Below, piece by piece: positions 26,097-35,995 of a stretch of DNA of 64,000 nt (position 1 is the stretch's first letter; every line of letters starts with the position of its first letter). The notes under the pieces are model-generated. The model saw only the letters and a list, made by a program, of their open reading frames with translations, had not been told where the DNA came from and made no database searches. The stretch is taken from assembly GCA_036261915.1 (NCBI GenBank), contig DATAJX010000005.1, positions 8,689 to 72,688 of the forward strand, in the 5' to 3' direction. A program made the translations under genes and the position numbers. The stretch is from Alphaproteobacteria bacterium (GTDB lineage Bacteria; Pseudomonadota; Alphaproteobacteria; UBA2136; UBA6156).

Positions 26097-27407
26097 ATGA
26101 GCAGCAAATTAGTTTCCCCCCTCACCGGCGCGGCCTCGGGCTTCCCCGAATACACCCCCGCCCAGCAGCGCGCCTTCGAGGCCGCCGTGGCCATCATTAA
26201 AGGCGTGTACGAAAGCTTCGGCTTCACCCCGCTGGAAACCAGCGCGGTGGAAAAGCTGGATACGCTGGAAAGCAAGGGCATTTCGGCCAAAGAGGTTTAC
26301 GGCATTAGGCGCCTGAACGTGGCCGAAGGCGAAGACGGCGGCAAAGACCTGGCCCTGCGCTTTGACCTGACCGTGCCCACCGCCCGCTACGTGGTGGCCA
26401 ACCAGGGCGCCCTCACCTTTCCGTTCCGCCGCTACCAGGTACAGCCGGTGTGGCGCGGCGAGCGCGCTCAGGCCGGTCGCTACCGCCAGTTTTACCAGTT
26501 CGATATCGATACCATCGGCGACGGCAGCCTGCCGCTGGTGGCCGATGCCGAGGTGCTGGCCGCGGGCTTTAAAGCGCTGGAAGCGCTGGGGGTGGGCGAT
26601 TTCACCATGCGCATCAACAACCGCAAACTGCTGCAAGGGCTGCTGGAATGGGCCGGTTTGGGCGCGCACCAGCAGGCCGCCATCAAGCTGATCGATGACG
26701 CTGAAAAGGTGGGCTGGGATAAAACCGCCGACGGCCTGCGCGACCTGAACGGCAAGGCCAAGGTGAGCCAACTGGTGGAACTGCTGCAAGGTGCCGGTCC
26801 CGACGAACTGGGCGAGCTGGACCTGAACGGTGACGGCAAGCTGGGACTCGACGAGCTGACCGAGGTGATGAACCTGGCCACCCGCATGGTGGGCAAAAGC
26901 AATGCCGAGCTGAAAGTAGACCTGACCATTGCCCGCGGGCTGGATTATTACACCGGCACGGTGGTGGAAACCACGCTGCACGGCGCGCCCGAGTTGGGCA
27001 GCATCATGAGCGGCGGGCGCTACGAAGATTTGGCGGCTAGTTTGGGTAAAAAGAAGATGCCGGGGGTGGGGATTTCCATCGGCCTGAGCCGTTTGATGGC
27101 CTACCTGCTGAGCCTGCACCACTATGCCAAGCTGGCCGCCGCGCCTGCCGATGTGCTGGTGGCTGTGGCCGATGAAGACGCCCTGCCCGCCATGGCCGAA
27201 CTGGCGCAAAAGCTGCGCGATGTTGGGGTGAAGGCCGAGCTGGCCTTCCCCGCCAAGGGGCTTGGCCAGCAGCTTCAGGCCGCCGAAAAACGCGGCCTGC
27301 AGTGGGCCGTGGTGGGTATGGAAGGCGACAAGCTCAAGCTGCGGAACTTTGCCAGCCGCGCCGATACGCTGGTGGCGCTGGCCGATGTGAAGGCGGCCAT
27401 CCAATAA
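26097..27407 (+). CDS. hisS: histidine--tRNA ligase (class II; RFDLTVP-type)
   Basis: Motif 2 region FRRYQVQPVWRGERAQAGRYRQFYQFDID and motif 3 region GGRYEDL...GVGISIGLSRL. The insertion domain carries an EF-hand-like loop. Confidence 0.85.
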   Translation: MSSKLVSPLTGAASGFPEYTPAQQRAFEAAVAIIKGVYESFGFTPLETSAVEKLDTLESKGISAKEVYGIRRLNVAEGEDGGKDLALRFDLTVPTARYVVANQGALTFPFRRYQVQPVWRGERAQAGRYRQFYQFDIDTIGDGSLPLVADAEVLAAGFKALEALGVGDFTMRINNRKLLQGLLEWAGLGAHQQAAIKLIDDAEKVGWDKTADGLRDLNGKAKVSQLVELLQGAGPDELGELDLNGDGKLGLDELTEVMNLATRMVGKSNAELKVDLTIARGLDYYTGTVVETTLHGAPELGSIMSGGRYEDLAASLGKKKMPGVGISIGLSRLMAYLLSLHHYAKLAAAPADVLVAVADEDALPAMAELAQKLRDVGVKAELAFPAKGLGQQLQAAEKRGLQWAVVGMEGDKLKLRNFASRADTLVALADVKAAIQ

Positions 27408-27410
27408 AAT

Positions 27411-27435
27411 AAAACCCCCGCCTAGGCGGGGGTTT
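27411..27435. terminator. bidirectional rho-independent terminator
   Basis: aaaacccccgcc-tag-gcgggggtttt. Confidence 0.8.
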
Positions 27436-27967
27436 TGATTTGGACATCCAGAGGCATCCAGCCTTCGGGCGTGCTGCCGGGTTCAACCCCCAGGGCACGC
27501 AGCGTCAACACAAACAGTTTCCAGGTGGTTTCGCCCACGCCTTCGGCGTTGCGGAACCCCTCGGGGTAGGTCATGCGGCCCTTGTTATAGTAGGGCGAGC
27601 GGCTGTAATTTTCCCACCTGTAACAATACGGGCTGGTGAACTGCGGATGGGCCAGTATGCCCAGGTGGATGCAGGGTGTGCGCTTGTCACGGTAAGGCGG
27701 GTGCCGCAACCTCAGCGGCATCCATGCCAGGGCCGAGTAGTTGATCAGGAGGTTGAGCATCCGCCCGGCGTCGCGCGGCAGGTGGCCAAGGCTTTTGGCA
27801 ATGGCACGCAGTTCGGTAAGCGTGACCAGCCGGTTGTAAACCTCGGGGCTGGCTGGGGGCAGCGGGTGACGCTTCAGGTTGTTCAGCAGCGTTTTTTCGC
27901 GGCTTTTGAGGCTGGCGATGTTTTTGCGGATATCGACCAGCGCGTGGGCAGGGTTGGCGGTGGGCAT
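27422..27967 (-). CDS. hypothetical protein
   Basis: Met26 of ORF 27422..28042, preceded by GGAGG. No motif recognised. Confidence 0.55.
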   Translation of the reverse strand: MPTANPAHALVDIRKNIASLKSREKTLLNNLKRHPLPPASPEVYNRLVTLTELRAIAKSLGHLPRDAGRMLNLLINYSALAWMPLRLRHPPYRDKRTPCIHLGILAHPQFTSPYCYRWENYSRSPYYNKGRMTYPEGFRNAEGVGETTWKLFVLTLRALGVEPGSTPEGWMPLDVQIKTPA

Positions 27968-28070
27968 GGGTGCCTCCAAACGGGTGCGGTGAAGCTGAAT
28001 TGGCCCTGTTATAGGGCCATGGGCGCTTATTGCAAGTGACAATCCGCCCTAAATCGGGTATTTCCGGGCC

Positions 28071-29165
<1,095 letters not shown>

Positions 29166-29167
29166 CC

Positions 29168-30007
29168 ATGCCCACCGTTGGCGCCGCTTGGCGGCTGGCC
29201 CAAAAAACGCTTGAAGACGGTGGCATCTTCCCCGCCCCGCGCGAGGGCCAGCGCATTGTGGCGCACCTGCTGGGGCGCGAGCTGATGCAGCTGCAGGAGG
29301 TGGAGCGGCAGGAGCTTTCGCCGCAGAACGACTACCTGCTGGATGAGATATTGGAGCGCCGCCTGAAGCGCGAACCGCTGGCCTACATTTTGGGCTACGC
29401 CGACTTTTACGGCCACACGTGGGCCGTGGGGCCGCAGGTGCTGATACCCCGGCATGATACCGAAACGCTGGTGGAAGCCGCGCTGAAAGCCCTGAAGGAC
29501 GGCAACCTGATTGTGGAAGTGGGCGTGGGCAGCGGCGCGGTGCTGGGCAGCATTTTGCTGGCGCGCCCGGCCGTGCGCGGCGTGGGGATAGATATTTCGC
29601 CCGAGGCCCGCACCATGGCCATCGACAACCTCGAGGCCGTCAAGGTGCTGCACCGCTGCAAGCTGCTGCTGGGCGATACGCTGGCGCCGTTCGAGGGCAT
29701 GGCGGATGTGATTATTAGTAACCCGCCCTACATCGCCGAGGCCGAGTGGGCCGCGCTGGAACCCGACGTGCGCGATTTTGAACCCAAGCTGGCGCTGGCT
29801 GCCGGGGTTGATGGCCTGGGCGTTTATCGCAACCTCGTTCCTCAGGCGTTCGCCAAGCTCAAGCCCGGCGGCACGCTGCTGGTGGAGATCGGTGCCAACC
29901 AAAGCCTGCCGGTCGGCGCGCTGTTCACGCAGGCGGGCTTTACCAACGTGCGCACCCTGCCCGACCTGGCCGGGCGCGACCGCGTGGTGATGGGCCGCAA
30001 GCCCTAG
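29168..30007 (+). CDS. prmC: release-factor glutamine N5-methyltransferase
   Basis: IISNPPYI motif. Lies immediately downstream of prfA. Confidence 0.9.
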   Translation: MPTVGAAWRLAQKTLEDGGIFPAPREGQRIVAHLLGRELMQLQEVERQELSPQNDYLLDEILERRLKREPLAYILGYADFYGHTWAVGPQVLIPRHDTETLVEAALKALKDGNLIVEVGVGSGAVLGSILLARPAVRGVGIDISPEARTMAIDNLEAVKVLHRCKLLLGDTLAPFEGMADVIISNPPYIAEAEWAALEPDVRDFEPKLALAAGVDGLGVYRNLVPQAFAKLKPGGTLLVEIGANQSLPVGALFTQAGFTNVRTLPDLAGRDRVVMGRKP

Positions 30008-30009
30008 GC

Positions 30010-30045
30010 AAAAAAAGCCGGAGATTTCTCTCCGGGCTTTTTTTG
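30010..30045 (+). terminator. rho-independent terminator
   Basis: aaaaaaagccggaga-tttc-tctccgggcttttttt. Confidence 0.85.
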
Positions 30046-30137
30046 CGGCAGCACGCTTGCAAAAGGCCCGGCGCTTGCGTAGCTTGGCAGGTAATCTTCA
30101 CCCGCTCTTTTTTGACTGTTTCAAAAGGACACTCGCC

Positions 30138-30821
30138 ATGAACGTCCACTTTGTCGTCATCGAGCCGAAGCCCTATGCCCCCCACCGCGATATCATTGCC
30201 AAAATGATGCAAAAGATGCCCCAAACCGGCCCCCACCGCGATATCCACGCGGTGAAAAAGGAGGTCGATGCCGGCGCCACGCTCGACGCCGCCTACCGCA
30301 ACGTGGCGCAAGCCCGGGGCGTGCGGTGGCAACACGTGCTGTACAACGTGGCGGTGTATGCCCCCACCAGGCTCAAGCAATACCTTGGCCTGCCGTGTAA
30401 AAACACCCAGCCCCTGCAACAAACCCGCGTGCGGCCGGTAACCTCGGCACGGGCAGCAGCCATACTTGACTGCATGACGACCGGCGCCGGCCTTAAACTG
30501 GCCCATGAGGTGAAACTTGAGCTTGCCCGCCACGGCGGACGCCTCAAGCTTCATGATATTTGCCAGCAGGTGGCCCGCAAAAACCACGTGTACTTTGAAG
30601 TGGTCCACCTGGCATGGTCCAGGCTGCGTTTCGACGAGGCCCGAATGGTGGGCATCCCGCAGCCGCAACGGGTGAAGTACTCGCCCCAGCCTTATGTTGC
30701 GGCCGAACACAGGCTGGAGCAATGGTGCCACATCACCATTCCGGCCGATGACCTGCCGCCCGAAGAAAAAGCCCGCCGCGACGATGTGCTGCGGCGGCGC
30801 TACCCCCACCACGCCAACTAG
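30138..30821 (+). CDS. hypothetical protein
   Basis: Met28 of ORF 30057..30821 after AAGGA. A hairpin terminator follows at 30826-30862. Confidence 0.6.
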   Translation: MNVHFVVIEPKPYAPHRDIIAKMMQKMPQTGPHRDIHAVKKEVDAGATLDAAYRNVAQARGVRWQHVLYNVAVYAPTRLKQYLGLPCKNTQPLQQTRVRPVTSARAAAILDCMTTGAGLKLAHEVKLELARHGGRLKLHDICQQVARKNHVYFEVVHLAWSRLRFDEARMVGIPQPQRVKYSPQPYVAAEHRLEQWCHITIPADDLPPEEKARRDDVLRRRYPHHAN

Positions 30822-30912
30822 TGCATCAGGCCCGGTTCTGCAAAGAACCGGGCCTGATTGTTTGGGTAGCACCGCGTTAGGGGTTTGCCGGCGGCGGCGC
30901 TAGAATACGCCC

Positions 30913-31467
30913 ATGAAAAAGACAATAACCGCCGCCCTGCTGCTGGCTACGCTGGCCGGTTGCGCCCCGCCCCCGCCGCCCACGCCCCTGCCCTACCGCT
31001 TTGTGCTGGCCGATATTACCGACGGGCGCTTGACCCCCGAACAGGGCGGCACCGACCCGCTTTACGACATGTACCCGTTCGATACGCAGGCCATCGCCAT
31101 GTCGTTCAGCAACAACCTGGTGGCCCCGGTGTTCGGCGCGCGCGAGGCCAAGCTGCACCTGAAGGTGACCCACTACCAGGCCACCACCAGCGACGGCAGC
31201 TGGGCCGTCAGCATCGCCATGGAAGGCTACGCGCAGGACGACAGCGCCAGGCCGCGCACCATCGGCATCTTCAACGCCACCTGCAACCGGGTGGAGCGCG
31301 AAGGCTTTGCGCTTGATGCTTTTGCAACCGACAGCTGGCAGCAAAAATCGCTGAAGCCGTTGACGCCCGACGGCCGCAATACAAGAATGTTCGGCATTGC
31401 GCTTAACAACTGCACCCGCGACCTGGCCCGCCAGTTTGGCGCCAGCCTTGCGGCAAAAGGAGATTAA
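30913..31467 (+). CDS. lipoprotein, hypothetical
   Basis: MKKTITAALLLATLAGC lipobox. Confidence 0.7.
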   Translation: MKKTITAALLLATLAGCAPPPPPTPLPYRFVLADITDGRLTPEQGGTDPLYDMYPFDTQAIAMSFSNNLVAPVFGAREAKLHLKVTHYQATTSDGSWAVSIAMEGYAQDDSARPRTIGIFNATCNRVEREGFALDAFATDSWQQKSLKPLTPDGRNTRMFGIALNNCTRDLARQFGASLAAKGD

Positions 31468-31468
31468 A

Positions 31469-32197
31469 ATGGCTTTACGTCAAAATGTGTTGATGGCCGT
31501 GGCTGCCGCCATACTGCTGGGCGGTTGCGGCGCCAGCCGCTACGACGAATACCCCCCTTACGAAGGCGCCGGGTTTGAAGAACGCGGCACCACCCAAAAG
31601 GAACGCCTGATCGCCCGCAGCGACTTCAGCGTTGAGCTGGTGCGGCTGACCGACAACCGCAACCCGCGCACCGAAGCCAGTGACCCCGGCGACAACAAAA
31701 TCTACCAGTACGAACCCGACGTGCTGATGCAGGGCGTGAGCACCCGCCTGCCCGTGCTGTTCAACAAATACCTGGCCTACCGCCCGCGCATGGCCAAGCA
31801 CTACAAAACCGAGATCGAGATCACCCGCTTTAAAACGCAGATCCTCAACGGCACGCTGCTGAGCGGCGAGTTCGGCCGCTACGCGGTAGACCTTGAAGCC
31901 CGCGTGATCGCCCGCCGCAGCGACAGCACCGTGGCCATCAACCGCCCGTACAGCATCGTCATCGAGCAGCGCCGCAAAACCTACAACGGCCGCAGCCCCA
32001 GCGTTGAAATGGACCGCACCCGCATGTACGACCTGGCCGAAGACGCCGTGCGCCAGATGAGCCAGGAGATCGGCTGGGACCTGCGCCGCGCCGACGCGCA
32101 CGTATGGACGCCCGAAGTGGTGAGCGGCACCATTCCACCCGCAGAGTTTACGGTGCCCAGCCCCACCACCCCGCCGGTCATTGACTGGCAAGGCTAA
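31469..32197 (+). CDS. lipoprotein, hypothetical
   Basis: Met25 of ORF 31397..32197 after AAGGAG. Lipobox AAILLGGC. Starts 1 nt after the previous stop. Confidence 0.7.
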   Translation: MALRQNVLMAVAAAILLGGCGASRYDEYPPYEGAGFEERGTTQKERLIARSDFSVELVRLTDNRNPRTEASDPGDNKIYQYEPDVLMQGVSTRLPVLFNKYLAYRPRMAKHYKTEIEITRFKTQILNGTLLSGEFGRYAVDLEARVIARRSDSTVAINRPYSIVIEQRRKTYNGRSPSVEMDRTRMYDLAEDAVRQMSQEIGWDLRRADAHVWTPEVVSGTIPPAEFTVPSPTTPPVIDWQG

Positions 32198-32222
32198 AAA
32201 ACCGCCCAAGGGCGGTTTTTTT
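32196..32222. terminator. bidirectional rho-independent terminator
   Basis: aaaaaaccgccc-aa-gggcggttttttt. Confidence 0.8.
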
Positions 32223-32781
32223 ACATGGCGGCGCGGCGCTCGCTGAAGTCGGTAAGAATTTGATAGGCTACATTAATGCGCTTGATATGCTCGGCAGCCT
32301 CGGGCGTTTTGTTGACGTCCGGGTGGTTCTTTTTCACCAGGTTAAGGTAGCGCGGCTTCAGTTCGGCGCCCGGCAGCGGCTCGGGGATGCTGAAAATGGC
32401 GCAGGCCTCCTTCACGTCGGCGGGCAGGCCAATGGTGCTGGGCAGCGGCTCTTCGGCTTTTTTCTGGCCGCGCTTTTCGGCCTTGATGCGCTGCTGGAAA
32501 AACCCGAACAGGTCTTGCGCGGTGGCAAAGGGCTGGGTTTCGACCCGCGCGCCGCTGGCGCCGTTCAGGCCTTCCATCCACACCGGGCGCTGCCATACGG
32601 CACTGCCGCTTTGGATGCCCCAGAGCTCTGACTGGTCGAAGCCTTTCAACCCGTCCCAGCTCTTGTTGAATTCCTTGATATGCGGCTGGCAGAAATACTG
32701 GCGCTCACGCAAATTGCGCGGGCTTTTGGGGGCGGGGAAAGTCCCCTCCGCCGTACAACCGGGCCAGTTACATTTGTGCAT
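32221..32781 (-). CDS. J-domain protein with Cys-rich N-terminus (C-terminal J domain)
   Basis: Met62 of ORF 32221..32964: MHKCNWPGCTAEG...YFCQPHIKEFNKSW, with C-terminal LVKKNHPDVN (HPD). Its start overlaps the peptidase stop (TAATG). Confidence 0.7.
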   Translation of the reverse strand: MHKCNWPGCTAEGTFPAPKSPRNLRERQYFCQPHIKEFNKSWDGLKGFDQSELWGIQSGSAVWQRPVWMEGLNGASGARVETQPFATAQDLFGFFQQRIKAEKRGQKKAEEPLPSTIGLPADVKEACAIFSIPEPLPGAELKPRYLNLVKKNHPDVNKTPEAAEHIKRINVAYQILTDFSERRAAM

Positions 32782-33398
32782 TACAGGGCAAACATGGGAC
32801 GCAACAGGCCTTCCGGCAAGTGGGGGAAGGCAATTATTAATGCCCAGCCCACCAGGAGCGGGGCGCCAAAAGGCTGCGGGGTTTTGGGCCGCCAGAACGC
32901 CAGCGGCAACCACAAAAAGCAGCCAATGGCCACCGCAAACGCGGCGGCATTGAGAGGCAACCACGCCAATAATGCGGCCAGCAGTTTAAAATCGCCCCCG
33001 CCCAAACCACGGGTGATGGGGAAGCGCGGCGCCAGCGGGGCCAGCACCAGCAAGGCCATGGCCAAACCCACCTGCGCGAACTGCTGTTCCAGCGCGGCGG
33101 CGGCCAGCCCCACCGCCAGCAGCGGCAGGGTGTAGATGTCGGGCAGCGTATAGGTGGTTAAATCGAGCGCCAGCATGCGAGCAAACACCATGGCAGTGGC
33201 CAGCGCCGCCAGCGGCGGCAGGGCAAGCGCCAGCGGCGCCAACAGCAGCAGCGCAAACAGCGCGGTGAACGCCGGGTGGCGGTTCACCGGCAGCCAGCCG
33301 GGCAGCCACAGGTCGCGGGCCTTGAGGGTGGCTTTTTCCCACGGCAGCAGGGTTTTATGGGCAGCGACGGTGGCGGCGACGATGGCTTTGTTCTTCAT
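32781..33398 (-). CDS. A24-family prepilin peptidase (no methyltransferase domain)
   Basis: Polytopic membrane protein with the two catalytic Asp contexts DLTTYTLPD and GGGDFKLLAAL. Confidence 0.8.
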   Translation of the reverse strand: MKNKAIVAATVAAHKTLLPWEKATLKARDLWLPGWLPVNRHPAFTALFALLLLAPLALALPPLAALATAMVFARMLALDLTTYTLPDIYTLPLLAVGLAAAALEQQFAQVGLAMALLVLAPLAPRFPITRGLGGGDFKLLAALLAWLPLNAAAFAVAIGCFLWLPLAFWRPKTPQPFGAPLLVGWALIIAFPHLPEGLLRPMFAL

Positions 33399-33452
33399 GC
33401 GGTAACGATAGCCCTTTACAGGCCCAGCGTCATCCCCTGCCCGGGGCGCGGG

Positions 33453-34355
33453 TTATTTGGTGAAGCAGTTCTCGCCGTACGAAAAGCAGATGCTGGCCGA
33501 AAACGGCGGGTCGGCACGGCCGGTGACGTTGCTGTGGTATTGCAGCAGGCGGCCCCAGGGGTCGTGCGCGTAGGTTTCGGGCAGGCCCAGGTCGGTGATG
33601 AGCTGCTTCATGTCGTTCTCGTCGCCGCTGTTGTAGGCTGCCCTGTTGAGCACGCGCGTGGCGTAATACACCACCTCGTTGCTTTTATCGGCGCTGCTGG
33701 GCGGGTAAAAATTGAATTGCGTGAAGTTTTTGTTGTCGGTGTTGGTGCACCATTCGGGCGGCTTGGTACCCGAGCAGGTGCCCTGGGCTTCAATGTACGC
33801 GCTGTTCTCGGCGGTCTGCAGTTTGTCGATGATCAGCTGCGCGCGGGCACGGTAGTCTTCCAGCCGGGCCATTTCAATGTCGCGCGTGCTCACCTTGCTG
33901 CCCACGTCGTCGTTCAGGGGTTCCCACTGGGCGTAGTCGTTGTCTGACATCAGGCTGGGGCTGTTGGCCACGCCGTCCTTCCCGGCGCTGTACACCACGG
34001 CGTAGTGCACGGTCACGGGGTTGCCTTCCAGCGATACCGCCGATGAAAAACGCTCGTAATACCAAGGGTTGCCCCAGGGGTCTTTTTTCACGCCCGGGTC
34101 GTTCATCACACCGCTTTTCATCAGGGTGTCGATACTGTCGGGCAGTTGGTTGATGCCGATGGTCTGGTAGTATTTCAAAATACCTTCGCGCAGGGTCTGG
34201 GCACCCTGCTCGGCCTGCTCCACCTTGCTGCGCTCCAGCCGGCTCATGATGGTGATGCCCCCGGCGGCGGTCAGAATGGCCGCCACGATCAACGCAATGC
34301 GGGCGTCCATGCCGAACATGGCGCCGCGTTGGCTCAGGCGAGTGAACAAACCCAT
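33453..34355 (-). CDS. GspG-like (pseudo)pilin with a long C-terminal extension
   Basis: N-terminal hydrophobic helix ARIALIVAAILTAAGGITIM after QRGAMFG. GspG-type signature KKDPWGNPWYY...VVYSAGKDG. Confidence 0.7.
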   Translation of the reverse strand: MGLFTRLSQRGAMFGMDARIALIVAAILTAAGGITIMSRLERSKVEQAEQGAQTLREGILKYYQTIGINQLPDSIDTLMKSGVMNDPGVKKDPWGNPWYYERFSSAVSLEGNPVTVHYAVVYSAGKDGVANSPSLMSDNDYAQWEPLNDDVGSKVSTRDIEMARLEDYRARAQLIIDKLQTAENSAYIEAQGTCSGTKPPEWCTNTDNKNFTQFNFYPPSSADKSNEVVYYATRVLNRAAYNSGDENDMKQLITDLGLPETYAHDPWGRLLQYHSNVTGRADPPFSASICFSYGENCFTK

Positions 34356-34356
34356 T

Positions 34357-35145
34357 CTATTTTTTTTCTTCCGTGCCGCTTATGGCGTTGTCGGTTACTG
34401 TGGCCTGGCTGTTGTCGCGCAGGTTCAGCTTTTGAGTATAAGTGTAATTCCATGGCGTGGTAAACTGCAGTGCCGCATTTTCGCCATCGGTAAATATATA
34501 GTCGAACTTCTGCCCCCAGGCATCATGGAAGTCGAATTTACCGGCCAGCTCGGTGTACTCGCTGCCGCTGGGGAAGCGCATGTGCCCGGCATAAAACGCA
34601 TAAACCTGCTCGGCCATCCCTTCCAGCCCGCTTATGCTGTTCTTCATCTGCCGGGTGCGGATGGCCGAGGTATCGAACGTGACCACCGTGCCGCTTTGCG
34701 CCGCCAGCCTGTTCAATTCGGCTGCGCTGGCCGCGCGGTACACCTGCGAGCGCTTCAGAATATCGTCCGACGTCGTCACTCCCACGCGCTGGTTGCCGGC
34801 GCCAAAACTGCCTTTGGCGTCAACATCCTGCACGTTCACCAGCACGCGCTCACCGCCGCGGGTTTTGCCGGTGGCCAGGCTGGTGTATTGCATGGCGCGT
34901 TTCAGATCGAGGTCTTCGCGGTAGGTGCCGTTGGTTTCGGTGAGTAACGAAAACTCCATGGCGTGCGCCAGGTCTTCGGCCTGCGCCTTTTCCTGTGCGG
35001 CGCGCAGGGCGTTCTGGCGGGCCATTTCCTGCTTGGCCCATTGCATGCTCAGCACCGAAAACACGCTCATGCCCATGATGAGCCCGAACATGAAAGGGGA
35101 GAGTGCTCCCCTTTGATTACATGGCGAACGGGATTGCGAGGTCAT
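34357..35145 (-). CDS. pilin-like protein (atypical)
   Basis: The N-terminus QRGALSPFMFGLIMGMSVFSVLSMQW resembles the neighbouring pseudopilin leader. The stop lies 1 nt before the next start. Confidence 0.55.
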   Translation of the reverse strand: MTSQSRSPCNQRGALSPFMFGLIMGMSVFSVLSMQWAKQEMARQNALRAAQEKAQAEDLAHAMEFSLLTETNGTYREDLDLKRAMQYTSLATGKTRGGERVLVNVQDVDAKGSFGAGNQRVGVTTSDDILKRSQVYRAASAAELNRLAAQSGTVVTFDTSAIRTRQMKNSISGLEGMAEQVYAFYAGHMRFPSGSEYTELAGKFDFHDAWGQKFDYIFTDGENAALQFTTPWNYTYTQKLNLRDNSQATVTDNAISGTEEKK

Positions 35146-35995
35146 AGGTCACGCCGTTGAATTCGAGGGTGACTTTGCGCGACTGGATGGCCCGCACCGT
35201 GACCGGCAGCGTGAATGTGCGCTGGTACTGCCCTGGGTTGGTTTTGCGCTGGGCGGCCAGCGTGGCCACGGTCTGCTCGTACACGTCAAAGTACGCCTGC
35301 GCCTGCTCTTTGGTGACCGTGCCTTCGGCGGGCAACTGGTCTTCCAGCACCGCGATCAGCTCGGGGTCGGAGGGCGCGATGGTAACGGTGGCCTTGATCT
35401 GGTCGCCCACCGCATAGGTGGTGCCATTGATGATGGCGCGGCGCTCGGGCGAGGTCATCACCCCGTTCAGCGCCAGCCCGCGCAGCAGGTAGCTCAATTC
35501 AAACGTGCGCAGGTCAGGGTGCCAGTTCTGCATGTATTCGGCCAGCCGTTGCGCCATGCCGCTGCGGAACTCGCGCAGGTCGAGGCTTTCGGGCACGTTC
35601 AGCGCGGGCAGCGTGCTGCTGGTCAGGGGCTCGCCCGAAGGGCCGTACTGCACGTTGCCGCCGTCATCGGCGGTGCCGCTTACCGTGGTGCCGCTGGGGC
35701 CCACCGCCACCTGGGTCAGCCGCAGGGGGTCCAGCGGCACGTCTTCCAGCAGGTCAGAAAGCACGGGCACGGCCAGCGGCTTGCCCTTGTTCTGCTTGGC
35801 GCTGTCCTCGATCACCTCGCTGCGCGAAAATTCAAAGTCGGGCTGGCCCGCAAACGTGCGCGGCCAGTTCAGGCGGCTGCCACTTGCCGCCGGCGTGGGG
35901 GCCTGGTTAAGCACTTGCGCGTCGGCACCCGCCGCCAGCAGCAGCGCCGCCACAAACATGATGGCCTTAATAAAGCGTGCTGGGGTCATATACAT
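35117..35995 (-). CDS. secreted protein of unknown function in the filament operon
   Basis: Met31 of ORF 35117..36085. Signal peptide ARFIKAIMFVAALLLAAGADA. Overlaps both neighbouring genes. Confidence 0.6.
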   Translation of the reverse strand: MYMTPARFIKAIMFVAALLLAAGADAQVLNQAPTPAASGSRLNWPRTFAGQPDFEFSRSEVIEDSAKQNKGKPLAVPVLSDLLEDVPLDPLRLTQVAVGPSGTTVSGTADDGGNVQYGPSGEPLTSSTLPALNVPESLDLREFRSGMAQRLAEYMQNWHPDLRTFELSYLLRGLALNGVMTSPERRAIINGTTYAVGDQIKATVTIAPSDPELIAVLEDQLPAEGTVTKEQAQAYFDVYEQTVATLAAQRKTNPGQYQRTFTLPVTVRAIQSRKVTLEFNGVTYDLAIPFAM

